IMG/VR virus record: IMGVR_UViG_3300045974_000156
Location: 19,892 to 83,891 of that record
Reading direction: 5' to 3' (one strand)
Source: a virus
DNA length: 64,000 bases
This document shows, piece by piece, positions 28,665 through 38,525 of the stretch. Position 1 is the first letter of the stretch; every line of letters begins with the position of its first letter. The translations under genes and the position numbers were made by a program. Under the pieces are notes generated by a model. That model made no database searches. It saw only the letters and a list, made by a program, of their open reading frames with translations, and was not told where the DNA came from.

Positions 28665-28828
28665 CCCGGCTTGGTAGTCCCGTAGGATATATAGCCTCGT
28701 GGCTGGTATCATGGTAGTACCTGAATTTTGTCTAGACTGGTAAAAACTCCAGCCTGTACAACCATGTATAATTATATTATCCTAAGAGGGCTTACCTAAC
28801 TGGAACATAGATTCGATTAGAGGGCCCG

Positions 28829-29338
28829 TTGATCCTTCAACCCATCATATCGCGTCCAGGTCCACAAGGTCCAGCAGGAGCTACAGGTCCACAAGGACCC
28901 CAAGGTCCCGAAGGACCGCAAGGACCACAAGGACATACAGGACCCGCCGGACCTCAAAGTAATGGTGGGGCGGTTATTCTTGGGGCAACGTGTACATCAC
29001 TGGATAATGTTGGGGATCTGGTGTATATTGCAGGGTCAGGGATGATCGTATCTAGAGCAGATCCTACTAATAACTCGAAAATGCCAGCAGTCGGTTGTAT
29101 TATTTCCAAATCATCAGATACGGATTGTGAAGTGCAAGTAGGCTCTGTTGTTACAAACGTGTATTCAGGATTAGTACCTGGAAAGATTTACTTTGTAGGT
29201 ACAGATGGTAGTATTACAGTATCTAGACCGACACCGCAAATAGGAAGGTCGCTCTTGGTACAACCCGTGGGAGTAGCATTAGATATTTCAAAGTTTCTGA
29301 TCAATCCGAGCCCCACCATAACCCGATTAATAGGATAA
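28829..29338 (+). CDS. Collagen-like (11 Gly-X-Y) protein with C-terminal capsid-cement/DUF2190-like domain; probable head fibre
   Basis: [12 protein letters not shown]... then GDLVYI..RAD..PAVG..GL.PGK.YFV..QPVGVA. The TTG start is uncertain. Confidence 0.7.
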   Translation: MILQPIISRPGPQGPAGATGPQGPQGPEGPQGPQGHTGPAGPQSNGGAVILGATCTSLDNVGDLVYIAGSGMIVSRADPTNNSKMPAVGCIISKSSDTDCEVQVGSVVTNVYSGLVPGKIYFVGTDGSITVSRPTPQIGRSLLVQPVGVALDISKFLINPSPTITRLIG

Positions 29339-29341
29339 TTT

Positions 29342-29710
29342 ATGACAAAAAAGATCAATAATAACAAGCATCTGAAGCCAAAGCAGAAGAAAGCCGAGAA
29401 GGTTCAGAAAGAACTTCAGCTTGATAGCGACACTAGACTTAATTTCTGTAGATTAGAGGCTGAAGTTAGGGCTTCTAAGAATCAGCTAACCATGGAACAG
29501 ATGAAACTAACTCAGCTTATCAAGGATCTGGATAAAGAGGGGGTTATTGCCAAGTCCCAAGTAGCCGTTTATGAGTCTGCCAAGCAATTGCACCTAATGG
29601 AAGCTAAATATTTCGAGCTTAAAAAGGACATAGAGAAAAAGCTCAACATAGAATTGAAAGATTATGGATTCGATGATGAGACCGGGATTTTGCATAAAAT
29701 AGAATCGTAG
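29342..29710 (+). CDS. Hypothetical coiled-coil protein (possible fibre chaperone)
   Basis: Heptad-rich K/E/L sequence between two fibre genes. Confidence 0.65.
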   Translation: MTKKINNNKHLKPKQKKAEKVQKELQLDSDTRLNFCRLEAEVRASKNQLTMEQMKLTQLIKDLDKEGVIAKSQVAVYESAKQLHLMEAKYFELKKDIEKKLNIELKDYGFDDETGILHKIES

Positions 29711-29775
29711 GCTACACTTTAATTAACGATTCCCCCCACCCAGCAGACTCCATTGTCTGCCCAAAAGGATAGATT

Positions 29776-31068
29776 ATGGCCCTACGTAAATTTCTTTTCA
29801 TGAGTTCTGAAGGCTATTACCAAGAAGCACAGCCGACTGACTCGCTAGACCTCGGTGGACTAACGATGAGCGGTGCCATCGACATGTCCCCCGATGGCGG
29901 AACTACAACCTACAAAGTTACCAATGTAGCTGCTGCTACTGTTGCCGGTGACGCGCTAATCTTCGGACAGAGCGGCGTAACCCTAGGCGATAGCATCATC
30001 CTAGGTGGAACTTCACTCGCCAGCGGAAAGAGCTTGACTCTATCCGGCGGTGGAACAATCACCGGTCTACCCCTAACCCCTGCTGGCGCAACCGAAGCCG
30101 CTTCCAAGTCATACGTTGACTCGGTAGCTCAGGGTCTAAACATCCACACCCCAGTAGACGCCCTAGCAGCCTCTAACATCACCACCCTATCTGGTCTAAC
30201 CACCACCGTAGACGGCATCGCCCTAGACACTGACGGTCAGCGCGTTCTATTGAACGGTCAGACCAACCCAGTAGACAACGGCATCTACGTTGTACACTCT
30301 GGATCCTGGACCCGCGCTGCCGACATGGCAGTTGGTTATCATGCAGCCGGTACCTTCGTATTCGTCCACGCTGGTGGAACTACTTACGGATCCACTGGTT
30401 GGGTTGCCAACGTTGACAATCCTAACGACGTAGTTGGCACCAATGCAGATACCTTCATCCAGTTCTCAGGCGCAGGCACCTACCTAGGATCTGGTGGTAT
30501 TCAGCTAGTCGGTAATACCTTCTCTGTAAACCTAAACACCAATCCCGGTCTACAGATCACCGCTAACAAGCTAGAAGCCAAGCCAGACAACACCCGTGGT
30601 ATGGCTAAGGACTCAAGCGGCTTGTTCGTAGAGGTAGATAACACCACCATTACCTTCAACGGTTCTGGTCAGCTAGCCGCAACCAACGCTCAGTCAGCTA
30701 TCTATGCCAACAGGGTAGAGAACTCCGTCACCGCAGGAACTGGCGGCGTATCCGCTGGCGATCCTGTATACGTATCAGCCAACAGCACTGTCGCCAAGGC
30801 AGATACCGATTCCGACGCTCACTCACGCTGCATCGGTCTAGCACTCGCCAACGTAGCAGCCACCAACCCAGTAGAGATCGTATCCAGCGGACCTCTCGCT
30901 GGCGTTCTCTCTGGCGCTACCGCAGGTCAGCCTTACTACCTAGCCACTGGCGGTGGTATCGCTACCTCTCCCCCGGGCGCAGGCAAGCGCGTAATCCGCG
31001 TAGGCGTTGCTGTCAGCGCAACCGACTTGTTCGTACAGATCCTAGACTATGGCAAAAAGGCTGCTTAA
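29776..31068 (+). CDS. Head decoration/head-fibre protein with C-terminal capsid-cement/DUF2190-like domain
   Basis: EAASKSYVD and RVLLNGQT..DNGIYV motifs common to phage head fibres. GDPVYVS..KAD..CIGLA..GQPYYL..VGVA. Codon bias resembles the capsid gene. Confidence 0.7.
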   Translation: MALRKFLFMSSEGYYQEAQPTDSLDLGGLTMSGAIDMSPDGGTTTYKVTNVAAATVAGDALIFGQSGVTLGDSIILGGTSLASGKSLTLSGGGTITGLPLTPAGATEAASKSYVDSVAQGLNIHTPVDALAASNITTLSGLTTTVDGIALDTDGQRVLLNGQTNPVDNGIYVVHSGSWTRAADMAVGYHAAGTFVFVHAGGTTYGSTGWVANVDNPNDVVGTNADTFIQFSGAGTYLGSGGIQLVGNTFSVNLNTNPGLQITANKLEAKPDNTRGMAKDSSGLFVEVDNTTITFNGSGQLAATNAQSAIYANRVENSVTAGTGGVSAGDPVYVSANSTVAKADTDSDAHSRCIGLALANVAATNPVEIVSSGPLAGVLSGATAGQPYYLATGGGIATSPPGAGKRVIRVGVAVSATDLFVQILDYGKKAA

Positions 31069-31080
31069 GGCAAATTCTAT

Positions 31081-31138
31081 TTGACATAATCCGCACACTG
31101 TGGCATGGTAGTCCTCTAACCGGAGGCTACCATGCCAT
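31081..31138 (+). promoter_or_regulatory. Sigma70-like promoter embedded in a hairpin that sequesters the SD and ATG of the GIY-YIG gene
   Basis: TTGACA (31081-86), 17 nt, TGg-CATGGT. TGGCATGGTAG(T)CCTCT-AACC-GGAGG-CTACCATGCCA. Confidence 0.75.
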
Positions 31139-31704
31139 TTGTGTATAGTTTGCTTGAACCCCTGACCCACGAAGTACGCTACATAGGCTGTACAAAAGGC
31201 TCCTTGAGTCAGAGACTCTCTACTCATATTTCTAGGGCAAAACAAGGGTTGACCAATGTCAGTTGTTTTGACTGGATTCGTGAATTGTCAGAGCAAGGGC
31301 TAAGACCTAAGATCCTACTAGAATCTGAGCACCTAGATTCGGATGCAGCTTATGCCGAGGAAACTAGGCTGATAGATATGTATCGAAGCAAAGGTGCCAG
31401 AATATTGAATAAAGCTAGTGGTGGTCCGGGCTGTTCTGGAGCCATCAGAAGTGCAGAAACCAGACTCAAGATGGGTTTAGCTAAGAAAGACATTCCAAAG
31501 ACACAAGAGCACAGGCTGAATCTAGCAATTGCAAACGGCGGCAAAGATTTCATAGACAACACTGGTGCTGTCTATAAGAATATTCATGAGGCTGGAGAAA
31601 AACTCGGCATCGCGTACCAAAATATATGGAAAGTATTAGCCGGTAAACGCAAGTCAGCCGGTGGCAGAACCTTTAAGTATATTGAGCAGTCCAGTAATTT
31701 GTAG
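31132..31704 (+). CDS. Free-standing GIY-YIG homing endonuclease (seg-like) with NUMOD3 and NUMOD1/IENR1-like DNA-binding modules
   Basis: FVYSL..RYIGCT..QRLSTH, E and N conserved. SAETRLKMG repeat. YKNIHEAGEKLGI..IWKVLAGKRKSAGG.TFKY. Confidence 0.9.
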   Translation: MPFVYSLLEPLTHEVRYIGCTKGSLSQRLSTHISRAKQGLTNVSCFDWIRELSEQGLRPKILLESEHLDSDAAYAEETRLIDMYRSKGARILNKASGGPGCSGAIRSAETRLKMGLAKKDIPKTQEHRLNLAIANGGKDFIDNTGAVYKNIHEAGEKLGIAYQNIWKVLAGKRKSAGGRTFKYIEQSSNL

Positions 31705-31762
31705 TTACTGATCTTACCTGTTATTCTTATTTTGGACTTACACTTTATCCCAAGAGGCTATC

Positions 31763-31993
31763 ATGGCTATTATGAAATGGATTTTCAACCAAGGCGTAAA
31801 TACTGCTAGGATGCCGTTGCCCGCAGGCACCAGGAATCTAGCTATTTACAAGCACTCTCCTCTACAGGGCGAGATTCACCAGCTTACCTTTGCCCCAAAT
31901 GCCACTAGTGCCTCAGTTGCTATCGGCACAGGATCCATCGCTCAGGTACGAGCCCTAGCAGCAGAGCACTATCGTTACCAGAACGCAGACTAG
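31763..31993 (+). CDS. Hypothetical protein (76 aa)
   Basis: SD GAGG; ORF fills the gap. Confidence 0.65.
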   Translation: MAIMKWIFNQGVNTARMPLPAGTRNLAIYKHSPLQGEIHQLTFAPNATSASVAIGTGSIAQVRALAAEHYRYQNAD

Positions 31994-32061
31994 ATGTAAC
32001 TCAGGCTGGTTCTGGCTGATTTTTTGTGGGATAATGCTATGGATCCTACCGGAGCCAGAAC

Positions 32062-32574
32062 ATGCCTGCAATTAATCTCATCATACCCACCAAAGATTCG
32101 GTTGAGGGGTATGAAGAAGAAATAGAGACACATACAGACGGTCTCGCGGCAGCAGGGTTCTACCCACAAATAGGTAGTGTTAATAATTTACTTGCTGGAA
32201 TGGAACGAGATACCTCCGGTAACCTGACATTCAAGGATCAGGTTGCCGGAGGTCCTTATACCCTTACTCAATTACTAGCATCCGGTGGAAGCGGGACTAC
32301 TAACGTAGTTTCGACTTTCTCTATTTCACTAAATCCCCCTACAAGCGAGATATTTGGAACTGTCACGGGGCTTGCTGGCGCACCTGTGAGGGTCGCTGGC
32401 TTTTCTGTAATGGAGCAAGGTGTTTCCGTTACCACTGGTTTAGTTTATGATGTACAGGTAATAAGTTTGACCGCTGATGGTTTTAACTATAGATTATCTA
32501 TCGGACGAGATGAATGGTGGCCCGGACCCGGAACCATGACTCTTAATGTCCAGTACCTCTGGAGCGCCACATGA
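32062..32574 (+). CDS. Hypothetical virion protein (170 aa)
   Basis: SD GGAG. Beta-rich; ATGA-coupled to the long fibre gene. Confidence 0.7.
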   Translation: MPAINLIIPTKDSVEGYEEEIETHTDGLAAAGFYPQIGSVNNLLAGMERDTSGNLTFKDQVAGGPYTLTQLLASGGSGTTNVVSTFSISLNPPTSEIFGTVTGLAGAPVRVAGFSVMEQGVSVTTGLVYDVQVISLTADGFNYRLSIGRDEWWPGPGTMTLNVQYLWSAT

Positions 32575-35500
32575 GTATTATTCAGGATCCGGCAGGAGCA
32601 GGAGCAGCGAACGTAGTAGACGCTGAGTCTCCTGACTTCACAAGTAAAAAGGCATTAGTTGTCGCCATTAGTGCCGATTATAGCAAGTCAAACCAAACAG
32701 TTTCTAACTCCCTGACCGGAACAGCCAATATATCCATAAGTACGGCTGCCGCCAGTACTTGTGGTATTCAGGTGGCAGGAACATGGACAGGCACCCTTCT
32801 ATTTGAGTCTACTCTAGACGGGTCCACATGGGTCTCTGTGTTGGGCGCATCGGTACCTGGAAATATAACATCAACAAGTACAACCTCTAATGGCGTGTGG
32901 TTAGTAGCCACTTCAGGTATAAATGCCTTAAGGGTCAGGGGTAGCACAGTCGGATCAGGCACAGCTATTGTAACGCTATCAGCATCACTAGTTGCACAAG
33001 AGGTGTCGATTACATCCACTACTGGGTTAACAGACGCACAGCTTAGGGCTTCTCCCATATCAGTAACTTCATCATTACCGAGTGGAGCCTCCACGGCAGC
33101 GTTACAGAATTCGATCAATACTACCCTGACCGAGATATCCGGTCAGTTACCTACCACTCTGGGTGCAAAGACAACCGCAAATTCAGTAGCTGTTAATGTA
33201 GCTTCGGATCAGACAGTGGTGGTATCTGCATCTTCATTACCTCTGCCGACAGGCGCTGCACAAGACTCTACTTTGACAAGTGGAAGCCAGAAAACACAAG
33301 TAACAGCACTCCCATCAATCCCGGCAGGCACAAATACCATAGGTGCCGTTAACCAAGGTACTGGAGGGGTTAGTGCGTGGAAGATAGATGGCTCAGGATT
33401 TACACAGCCTGTTTCAGCCGCATCTTTGCCCCTACCCAGCGGCGCAGCCACTAGTGCGCTACAAACGAGCGGTAATAGCACCCTAAGCACCATATCAGGG
33501 CAGTTACCAGCATCACTCGGGGCAAAGACTACCTCGGCGTCGGTTGCCGTTAATATAGCATCTGATCAGACCGTACCGGTTTCCGGAACGGTTGTGGCTA
33601 CTCAGTCCACAGCAGCAAATCTAAATGCAACCGTAGTAGGCGCAGGCATAGGCGGAACTCCCGCTGGTGGTGTATTATCTGTTCAGGGCGTAGCTAGCAT
33701 GACAGCCCTGAAGGTCGATGGGTCGGGTGTTACCCAACCCGTATCTGCCACCGCCCTACCTCTCCCTACCGGTGCCTCGACAGCAGCACTCCAGACAACT
33801 GGAAACTCCACACTGACAGCTATCTCAGGGCAGATTCCTTCAACTCTGGGGGCTAAGACAACAGCAGCGTCCCTGGCAGTAAATATAGCGTCTGATCAGA
33901 CAGTTCCTGTATCGGTAGCTACATTCCCGTTACCAACCGGAGCAGCTACTTCGGCAAATCAGACCGGAGGCGGTCAGAAGACACAAATAGTAGATGCATC
34001 CGGAAATGTACAACCGGCAGGAGATACCGTAGCTAGATCTTCGTTTCAAAAGATAACAGACGGATTCAACGGTCCTGTGGCTGTTAAGGCTGCATCTACC
34101 GCACCAGCCGCAACAGACCCCTCCCTGGTAGTTTCTATTTCACCTAATACACCGACCCTACCAGTATCGGCGTCAGCCCTACCGCTACCAACCGGCGCTG
34201 CAACAGCAGTACTACAGTCAACTATCTCCGGTCAGCTACCAGGAACTCTAGGATCCAAGATAACCTCTGCATCGTTGGCGGTTAACATTGCCAGCGATCA
34301 GACCGTTCCAGTTAGTGCGTCTGCTCTACCCCTACCAAGCGGAGCAGCTACTTCAGCAAAACAGCCTGCACTTGGAGTAGCAGGCACCCCGTCAGCAGAT
34401 GTTTTGACTATTCAGGGTAACGCCTCAGGAACGCCGATCCCAGTTTCCGGATCAGTAGCCCTAACCGCCGGATCCAGCACTATCGGTAAAGTAGACCAAG
34501 GCGTAGCAGGAGCCTCGGCTTGGAAAGTTGATGGATCTGCTGTAACTCAGCCTATCTCGGCAGCCTCCTTGCCGTTGCCGACAGGTGCAGCAACATCCGC
34601 AAATCTAACGACACTGGGCGCTCAGACTACAAAAATTAACGATGGGACAAACACTGTTACCGTAAAAGCAGCCAGTACTGCTGCCGTAGCAACAGACACC
34701 GCGATAGTCGTAGCCATCAGTCCGAATAATCCGATCACTACCTCTGGAACTTCCACTGTTACACAGTCTACCGCTGCCAACCTGAACGCAACCGTGACAC
34801 AGGGTCCCGCTGGCGCAGCGGCTTGGAAGGTAGATGGGTCTGCTGTTACTCAGCCTATCTCTGGAACCATTACAGCAAACCAAGGTTCCGCTAGTGTCAC
34901 AGCTTGGAAGGTTGACGGATCTGCTGTAACTCAGCCGGTTTCTGGAACCATAACAGCATCCCAGGCAACTGCTGGAAATCTAAACGCAACCGTAGCCCAA
35001 GGCGCAGCGGGGGCTACAGCTTGGAAAGTAGACGGTTCTGCCGTCACTCAGCCGGTCAGCGCCTCCGCGCTTCCGTTACCTGCCGGTGCAGCCACCAGCG
35101 CATTACAGACAACCGGTAATACATCCCTATCAGCCATAGCAGGGCAGCTACCCTCATCCTTGGGTGCAAAGACTACCGCCAATTCAATGGCTGTTAATAT
35201 CGCATCCGATCAGACTGTACCGGTCAGCGCCCTGATCCTACCTCTTCCATCTGGTGCCTCGACCGCTGCAAAACAGCCAGCACTGGGCGTAGCCGGTACC
35301 CCATCTACAGATGTCCTGACAATTCAGGGTATCACCAGCATGACCGCTCTAAAAGTCGATGGTTCCGGAATTACACAGCCTGTTAGTGGGACATTCTGGC
35401 AGACAACCCAGCCAGTATCGGCAGCCTCGTTACCTCTGCCTATTGGCGCAGCTACATCGGCAAACTTAACTACTATTGGAAGCCAGACTACTAAGATAAA

Positions 35501-38500
35501 CGACGGAACCAACACGGCAGCAGTTAAGGCAGCCTCTACCGCCCCGGTAGCTGCTGATCCTTCACTAGTTGTAGCTATCTCTCCAAATACAGCAACCCTA
35601 CCTGTATCTGCCGCCTCCCTGCCTCTTCCTACCGGAGCCGCAACCTCCGCGCTTCAGACAACAGGAAACTCGTCGCTATCTGCAATATCAGGTCAGTTAC
35701 CAGCCTCGCTTGGAGCCAAGACCACCGCAGCATCTATGGCTGTAAATATTGCCTCAGATCAGAACGTACCTGTGACCGGCACCATAACAGCGGCGCAGGC
35801 AACTGCTGGAAATCTAAACGCAACCGTTGTTCAGGGTGCAGCCGGTGCGTCAGCATGGAAAGTAGACGGGTCGGCTGTTACTCAGCCCGTGAGCGCCGCA
35901 GCACTCCCACTCCCTACCGGCGCAGCCACTTCCGCAAATCAGACTACCTTGGGAAGCCAGACTAGTAAGATTAACGACGGCACATATACAGCAACAATTA
36001 AGACTGCCGGTACCGCAGCAGTTACTGGCGACACCGCTTTGGTTGTCGCTCTATCTCCCAACTCATCAACCCCGAACACCCTAGATCTAAATAACACAGG
36101 AACATTAGGATCCCTTAATGCCACTATAGTATTTAATTGTTCTGGAATGTCCACAGCTACCTTTAGTGTAACAGGGACTTGGGTAGGAACAACCCAGTTC
36201 CAAGGTAGTGTCGATGGTACAAACTGGTTTGCGGCAGACGCATGGAATATGTCTACCGGATTGTTTATAACTAGTATAACCGCTAACGGTAACTTTCTAG
36301 TCGGCATTGCAGGTCTCAAGCAGTTCCGACTAATAATGTCATCTTATACCTCAGGAACAGCCTCTATTGCTTATAATATAAGCGTAAGAGAAAGCGGACA
36401 GCAGACCGGAAACCTGATCGTAGACGCAAATAACAATGGTCCCGTGACCGTGAAGCAAGCCAATACGGCACCTGTAGCTACGGACATGGCTTTGGTCGTA
36501 GCTATCTCGCCAAACTCTCCAACTCTGGCTACTTCCGTATCTTCTCTACCTCTTCCAACCGGGGCATCTACTGCTGCTCTCCAGACTACCGGAAACGCGA
36601 CCCTGACAACCATCTCTGGACAGCTACCGGCTACCCTCGGTGCGAAGACCGTAGCAAACTCAACGTCGGTCAACATAGCTTCTGACCAGACTGTTCCAGT
36701 CAGCGCCGCAGCCCTGCCCCTCCCGAGTGGTGCAGCCACAAGTGCATTACAGACTAGCGGCAACTCAACGCTGACCACAATATCCGGACAGCTTCCTACA
36801 ACCCTAGGAACAAAGACAACTGCAAACTCCGTTGCGGTTAATATCGCATCAGACCAAATAGTACCGGTATCTGGAACCATAACAGCCGCTCAGTCTACTG
36901 CTGCAAACCTTGCCGCAACCGTTACTCAGGGTCCTGCCGGGGCTAGCGCCTGGAAAGTAGATGGAAGCGCAGTTACACAACCCATTAGTGCTACCGCGCT
37001 ACCCCTACCGACAGGGGCAGCAACATCCGCCAACTTGACTACAGTAGGGTCACAGACAACTAAAATAAATGATGGGACTAATACAGCCACAGTTAAGGCT
37101 GCATCGACATCCCCTGTAATCACAGATACATCCTTGGTTGTAGCCATTTCTCCCAATACAGCAACCCTGCCTATCTCAGCAGCATCATTACCTTTACCAT
37201 CAGGCGCAGCAACAGCCGCAAATCTAACAACAATCGGTAGCCAGACATCAAAAATAAATGACGGTACAAATACTGCGGCAGTAAAAGCTGCCAGTACCGC
37301 AGCAGTAGCAGCAGATCCTGCTCTGGTCGTAGCAATTAGCCCGAATAATACACTCAACATAAATGCCTCTGCTTTGCCTCTACCATCTGGCGCATCTACT
37401 GCGGCTCTACAGACTAGTGGTAACTCAACCCTAACCACTATATCTAGCCAATTACCAACTACTCTAGGCACAAAAACCACTGCTAACTCCATAGCAATTA
37501 ATATTGCGTCAGATCAGACAGTCCCTGTTAGCGCCATAGCCCTGCCTCTACCTACTGGTGCTGCAACATCCGCAAATCTAACAACCCTTGGTGCCCAGAC
37601 AACAAAAATTAATGACGGGACCAATACTGCGGCTGTTAAGGCAGCCTCGACAGCAGCCCTGGCTACCGACTCTGCCCTTGTGGTAGCAATATCTCCAAAC
37701 TCTCCATTTACATTACCGTCCGGTGCCTCAACTTCAGCAAACCAGACTACCTTGGGATCGCAGACCACTAAGCTAAATGACGGTACAAATACCGTTACAG
37801 TAAAGGCAGCCTCAACCGCCGCACTAGCTACTGATACAGCCTTGGTCGTGGCGATGTCTCCAAATTCTCCATTTGCTTTGCCCTCCGGAGCCTCGACATC
37901 CAGTAATCAGATTACTCTCGGGGCACAGACTACAACCATAAACGATGGCACCAATACCGCTGCTGTTACGGCAGCCTCTACCGCCCCTACTGCAACAGAT
38001 GCTGCGTTGGTAGTAGCTATATCTCCGAATTCACATATAAATGGAATCCTGAAGCCTTTATATGGTGCATCAGGTCAGGCTATGACCATAACCCTAGCAA
38101 GCCTAACGTCAACATCCGCCCGAGCAAGTACCGCTGTAGATAATACAACAAACTTATTCGAGGATGTACTGTTCTTTGTAAAGACTACATCAGCAGCAGC
38201 CGCCACCAGCGCCACAGGGTATGTAAATATTTACGGCTATGGCTCTGTGGATGGCGGTACAACATACCCAGAAGGCATTACAGGGGCAGACGCAGCAGTT
38301 ACCCTATCAAATCCTCCAAACTTGGTATTACTAGCCCAGATAACGCTAAACGCAAACAGCAAGACAGCTACCGCAGGACCGTTCTCCTTCTGTCGCCAGT
38401 ATGGCATCGACAGACTCCCGGCTAGGTGGGGTCTTGTATTTGTAAATCTAAGTGGTGCAACACTTAACGCAACTGCCGGTAATCATGCTATTACATGGCA

Positions 38501-38525
38501 GGGCATAAACGGACAACTAATATAA
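32571..38525 (+). CDS. Long fibre-like protein (1984 aa) built from shuffled beta-strand repeat modules plus three small globular domains
   Basis: Recurrent PLPTGAATSA, ISGQLP..LGAKTT..S.AVNIASDQTVPVS, KINDGTNTA.VKAAST..LVVAISPN and AWKVDGSAVTQP. GTW.GT..F..S.DG..W domains at ~32780 and ~36180. Confidence 0.75.
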   Translation: MSIIQDPAGAGAANVVDAESPDFTSKKALVVAISADYSKSNQTVSNSLTGTANISISTAAASTCGIQVAGTWTGTLLFESTLDGSTWVSVLGASVPGNITSTSTTSNGVWLVATSGINALRVRGSTVGSGTAIVTLSASLVAQEVSITSTTGLTDAQLRASPISVTSSLPSGASTAALQNSINTTLTEISGQLPTTLGAKTTANSVAVNVASDQTVVVSASSLPLPTGAAQDSTLTSGSQKTQVTALPSIPAGTNTIGAVNQGTGGVSAWKIDGSGFTQPVSAASLPLPSGAATSALQTSGNSTLSTISGQLPASLGAKTTSASVAVNIASDQTVPVSGTVVATQSTAANLNATVVGAGIGGTPAGGVLSVQGVASMTALKVDGSGVTQPVSATALPLPTGASTAALQTTGNSTLTAISGQIPSTLGAKTTAASLAVNIASDQTVPVSVATFPLPTGAATSANQTGGGQKTQIVDASGNVQPAGDTVARSSFQKITDGFNGPVAVKAASTAPAATDPSLVVSISPNTPTLPVSASALPLPTGAATAVLQSTISGQLPGTLGSKITSASLAVNIASDQTVPVSASALPLPSGAATSAKQPALGVAGTPSADVLTIQGNASGTPIPVSGSVALTAGSSTIGKVDQGVAGASAWKVDGSAVTQPISAASLPLPTGAATSANLTTLGAQTTKINDGTNTVTVKAASTAAVATDTAIVVAISPNNPITTSGTSTVTQSTAANLNATVTQGPAGAAAWKVDGSAVTQPISGTITANQGSASVTAWKVDGSAVTQPVSGTITASQATAGNLNATVAQGAAGATAWKVDGSAVTQPVSASALPLPAGAATSALQTTGNTSLSAIAGQLPSSLGAKTTANSMAVNIASDQTVPVSALILPLPSGASTAAKQPALGVAGTPSTDVLTIQGITSMTALKVDGSGITQPVSGTFWQTTQPVSAASLPLPIGAATSANLTTIGSQTTKINDGTNTAAVKAASTAPVAADPSLVVAISPNTATLPVSAASLPLPTGAATSALQTTGNSSLSAISGQLPASLGAKTTAASMAVNIASDQNVPVTGTITAAQATAGNLNATVVQGAAGASAWKVDGSAVTQPVSAAALPLPTGAATSANQTTLGSQTSKINDGTYTATIKTAGTAAVTGDTALVVALSPNSSTPNTLDLNNTGTLGSLNATIVFNCSGMSTATFSVTGTWVGTTQFQGSVDGTNWFAADAWNMSTGLFITSITANGNFLVGIAGLKQFRLIMSSYTSGTASIAYNISVRESGQQTGNLIVDANNNGPVTVKQANTAPVATDMALVVAISPNSPTLATSVSSLPLPTGASTAALQTTGNATLTTISGQLPATLGAKTVANSTSVNIASDQTVPVSAAALPLPSGAATSALQTSGNSTLTTISGQLPTTLGTKTTANSVAVNIASDQIVPVSGTITAAQSTAANLAATVTQGPAGASAWKVDGSAVTQPISATALPLPTGAATSANLTTVGSQTTKINDGTNTATVKAASTSPVITDTSLVVAISPNTATLPISAASLPLPSGAATAANLTTIGSQTSKINDGTNTAAVKAASTAAVAADPALVVAISPNNTLNINASALPLPSGASTAALQTSGNSTLTTISSQLPTTLGTKTTANSIAINIASDQTVPVSAIALPLPTGAATSANLTTLGAQTTKINDGTNTAAVKAASTAALATDSALVVAISPNSPFTLPSGASTSANQTTLGSQTTKLNDGTNTVTVKAASTAALATDTALVVAMSPNSPFALPSGASTSSNQITLGAQTTTINDGTNTAAVTAASTAPTATDAALVVAISPNSHINGILKPLYGASGQAMTITLASLTSTSARASTAVDNTTNLFEDVLFFVKTTSAAAATSATGYVNIYGYGSVDGGTTYPEGITGADAAVTLSNPPNLVLLAQITLNANSKTATAGPFSFCRQYGIDRLPARWGLVFVNLSGATLNATAGNHAITWQGINGQLI

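Noticed and set aside
28665-28828. tRNA or ncRNA in the intergenic gap
   Set aside because: No cloverleaf, T-loop or convincing long stem could be identified by eye.
32001-32025. Terminator after 31763..31993
   Set aside because: A T-tract is present but the stem is weak and irregular, so it was not called.
32571-38525. CRISPR array or DGR template/variable repeats
   Set aside because: The repeats are in-frame coding modules diverging at third positions, without unique spacers or adenine-specific variation. No RT or cas gene is present.
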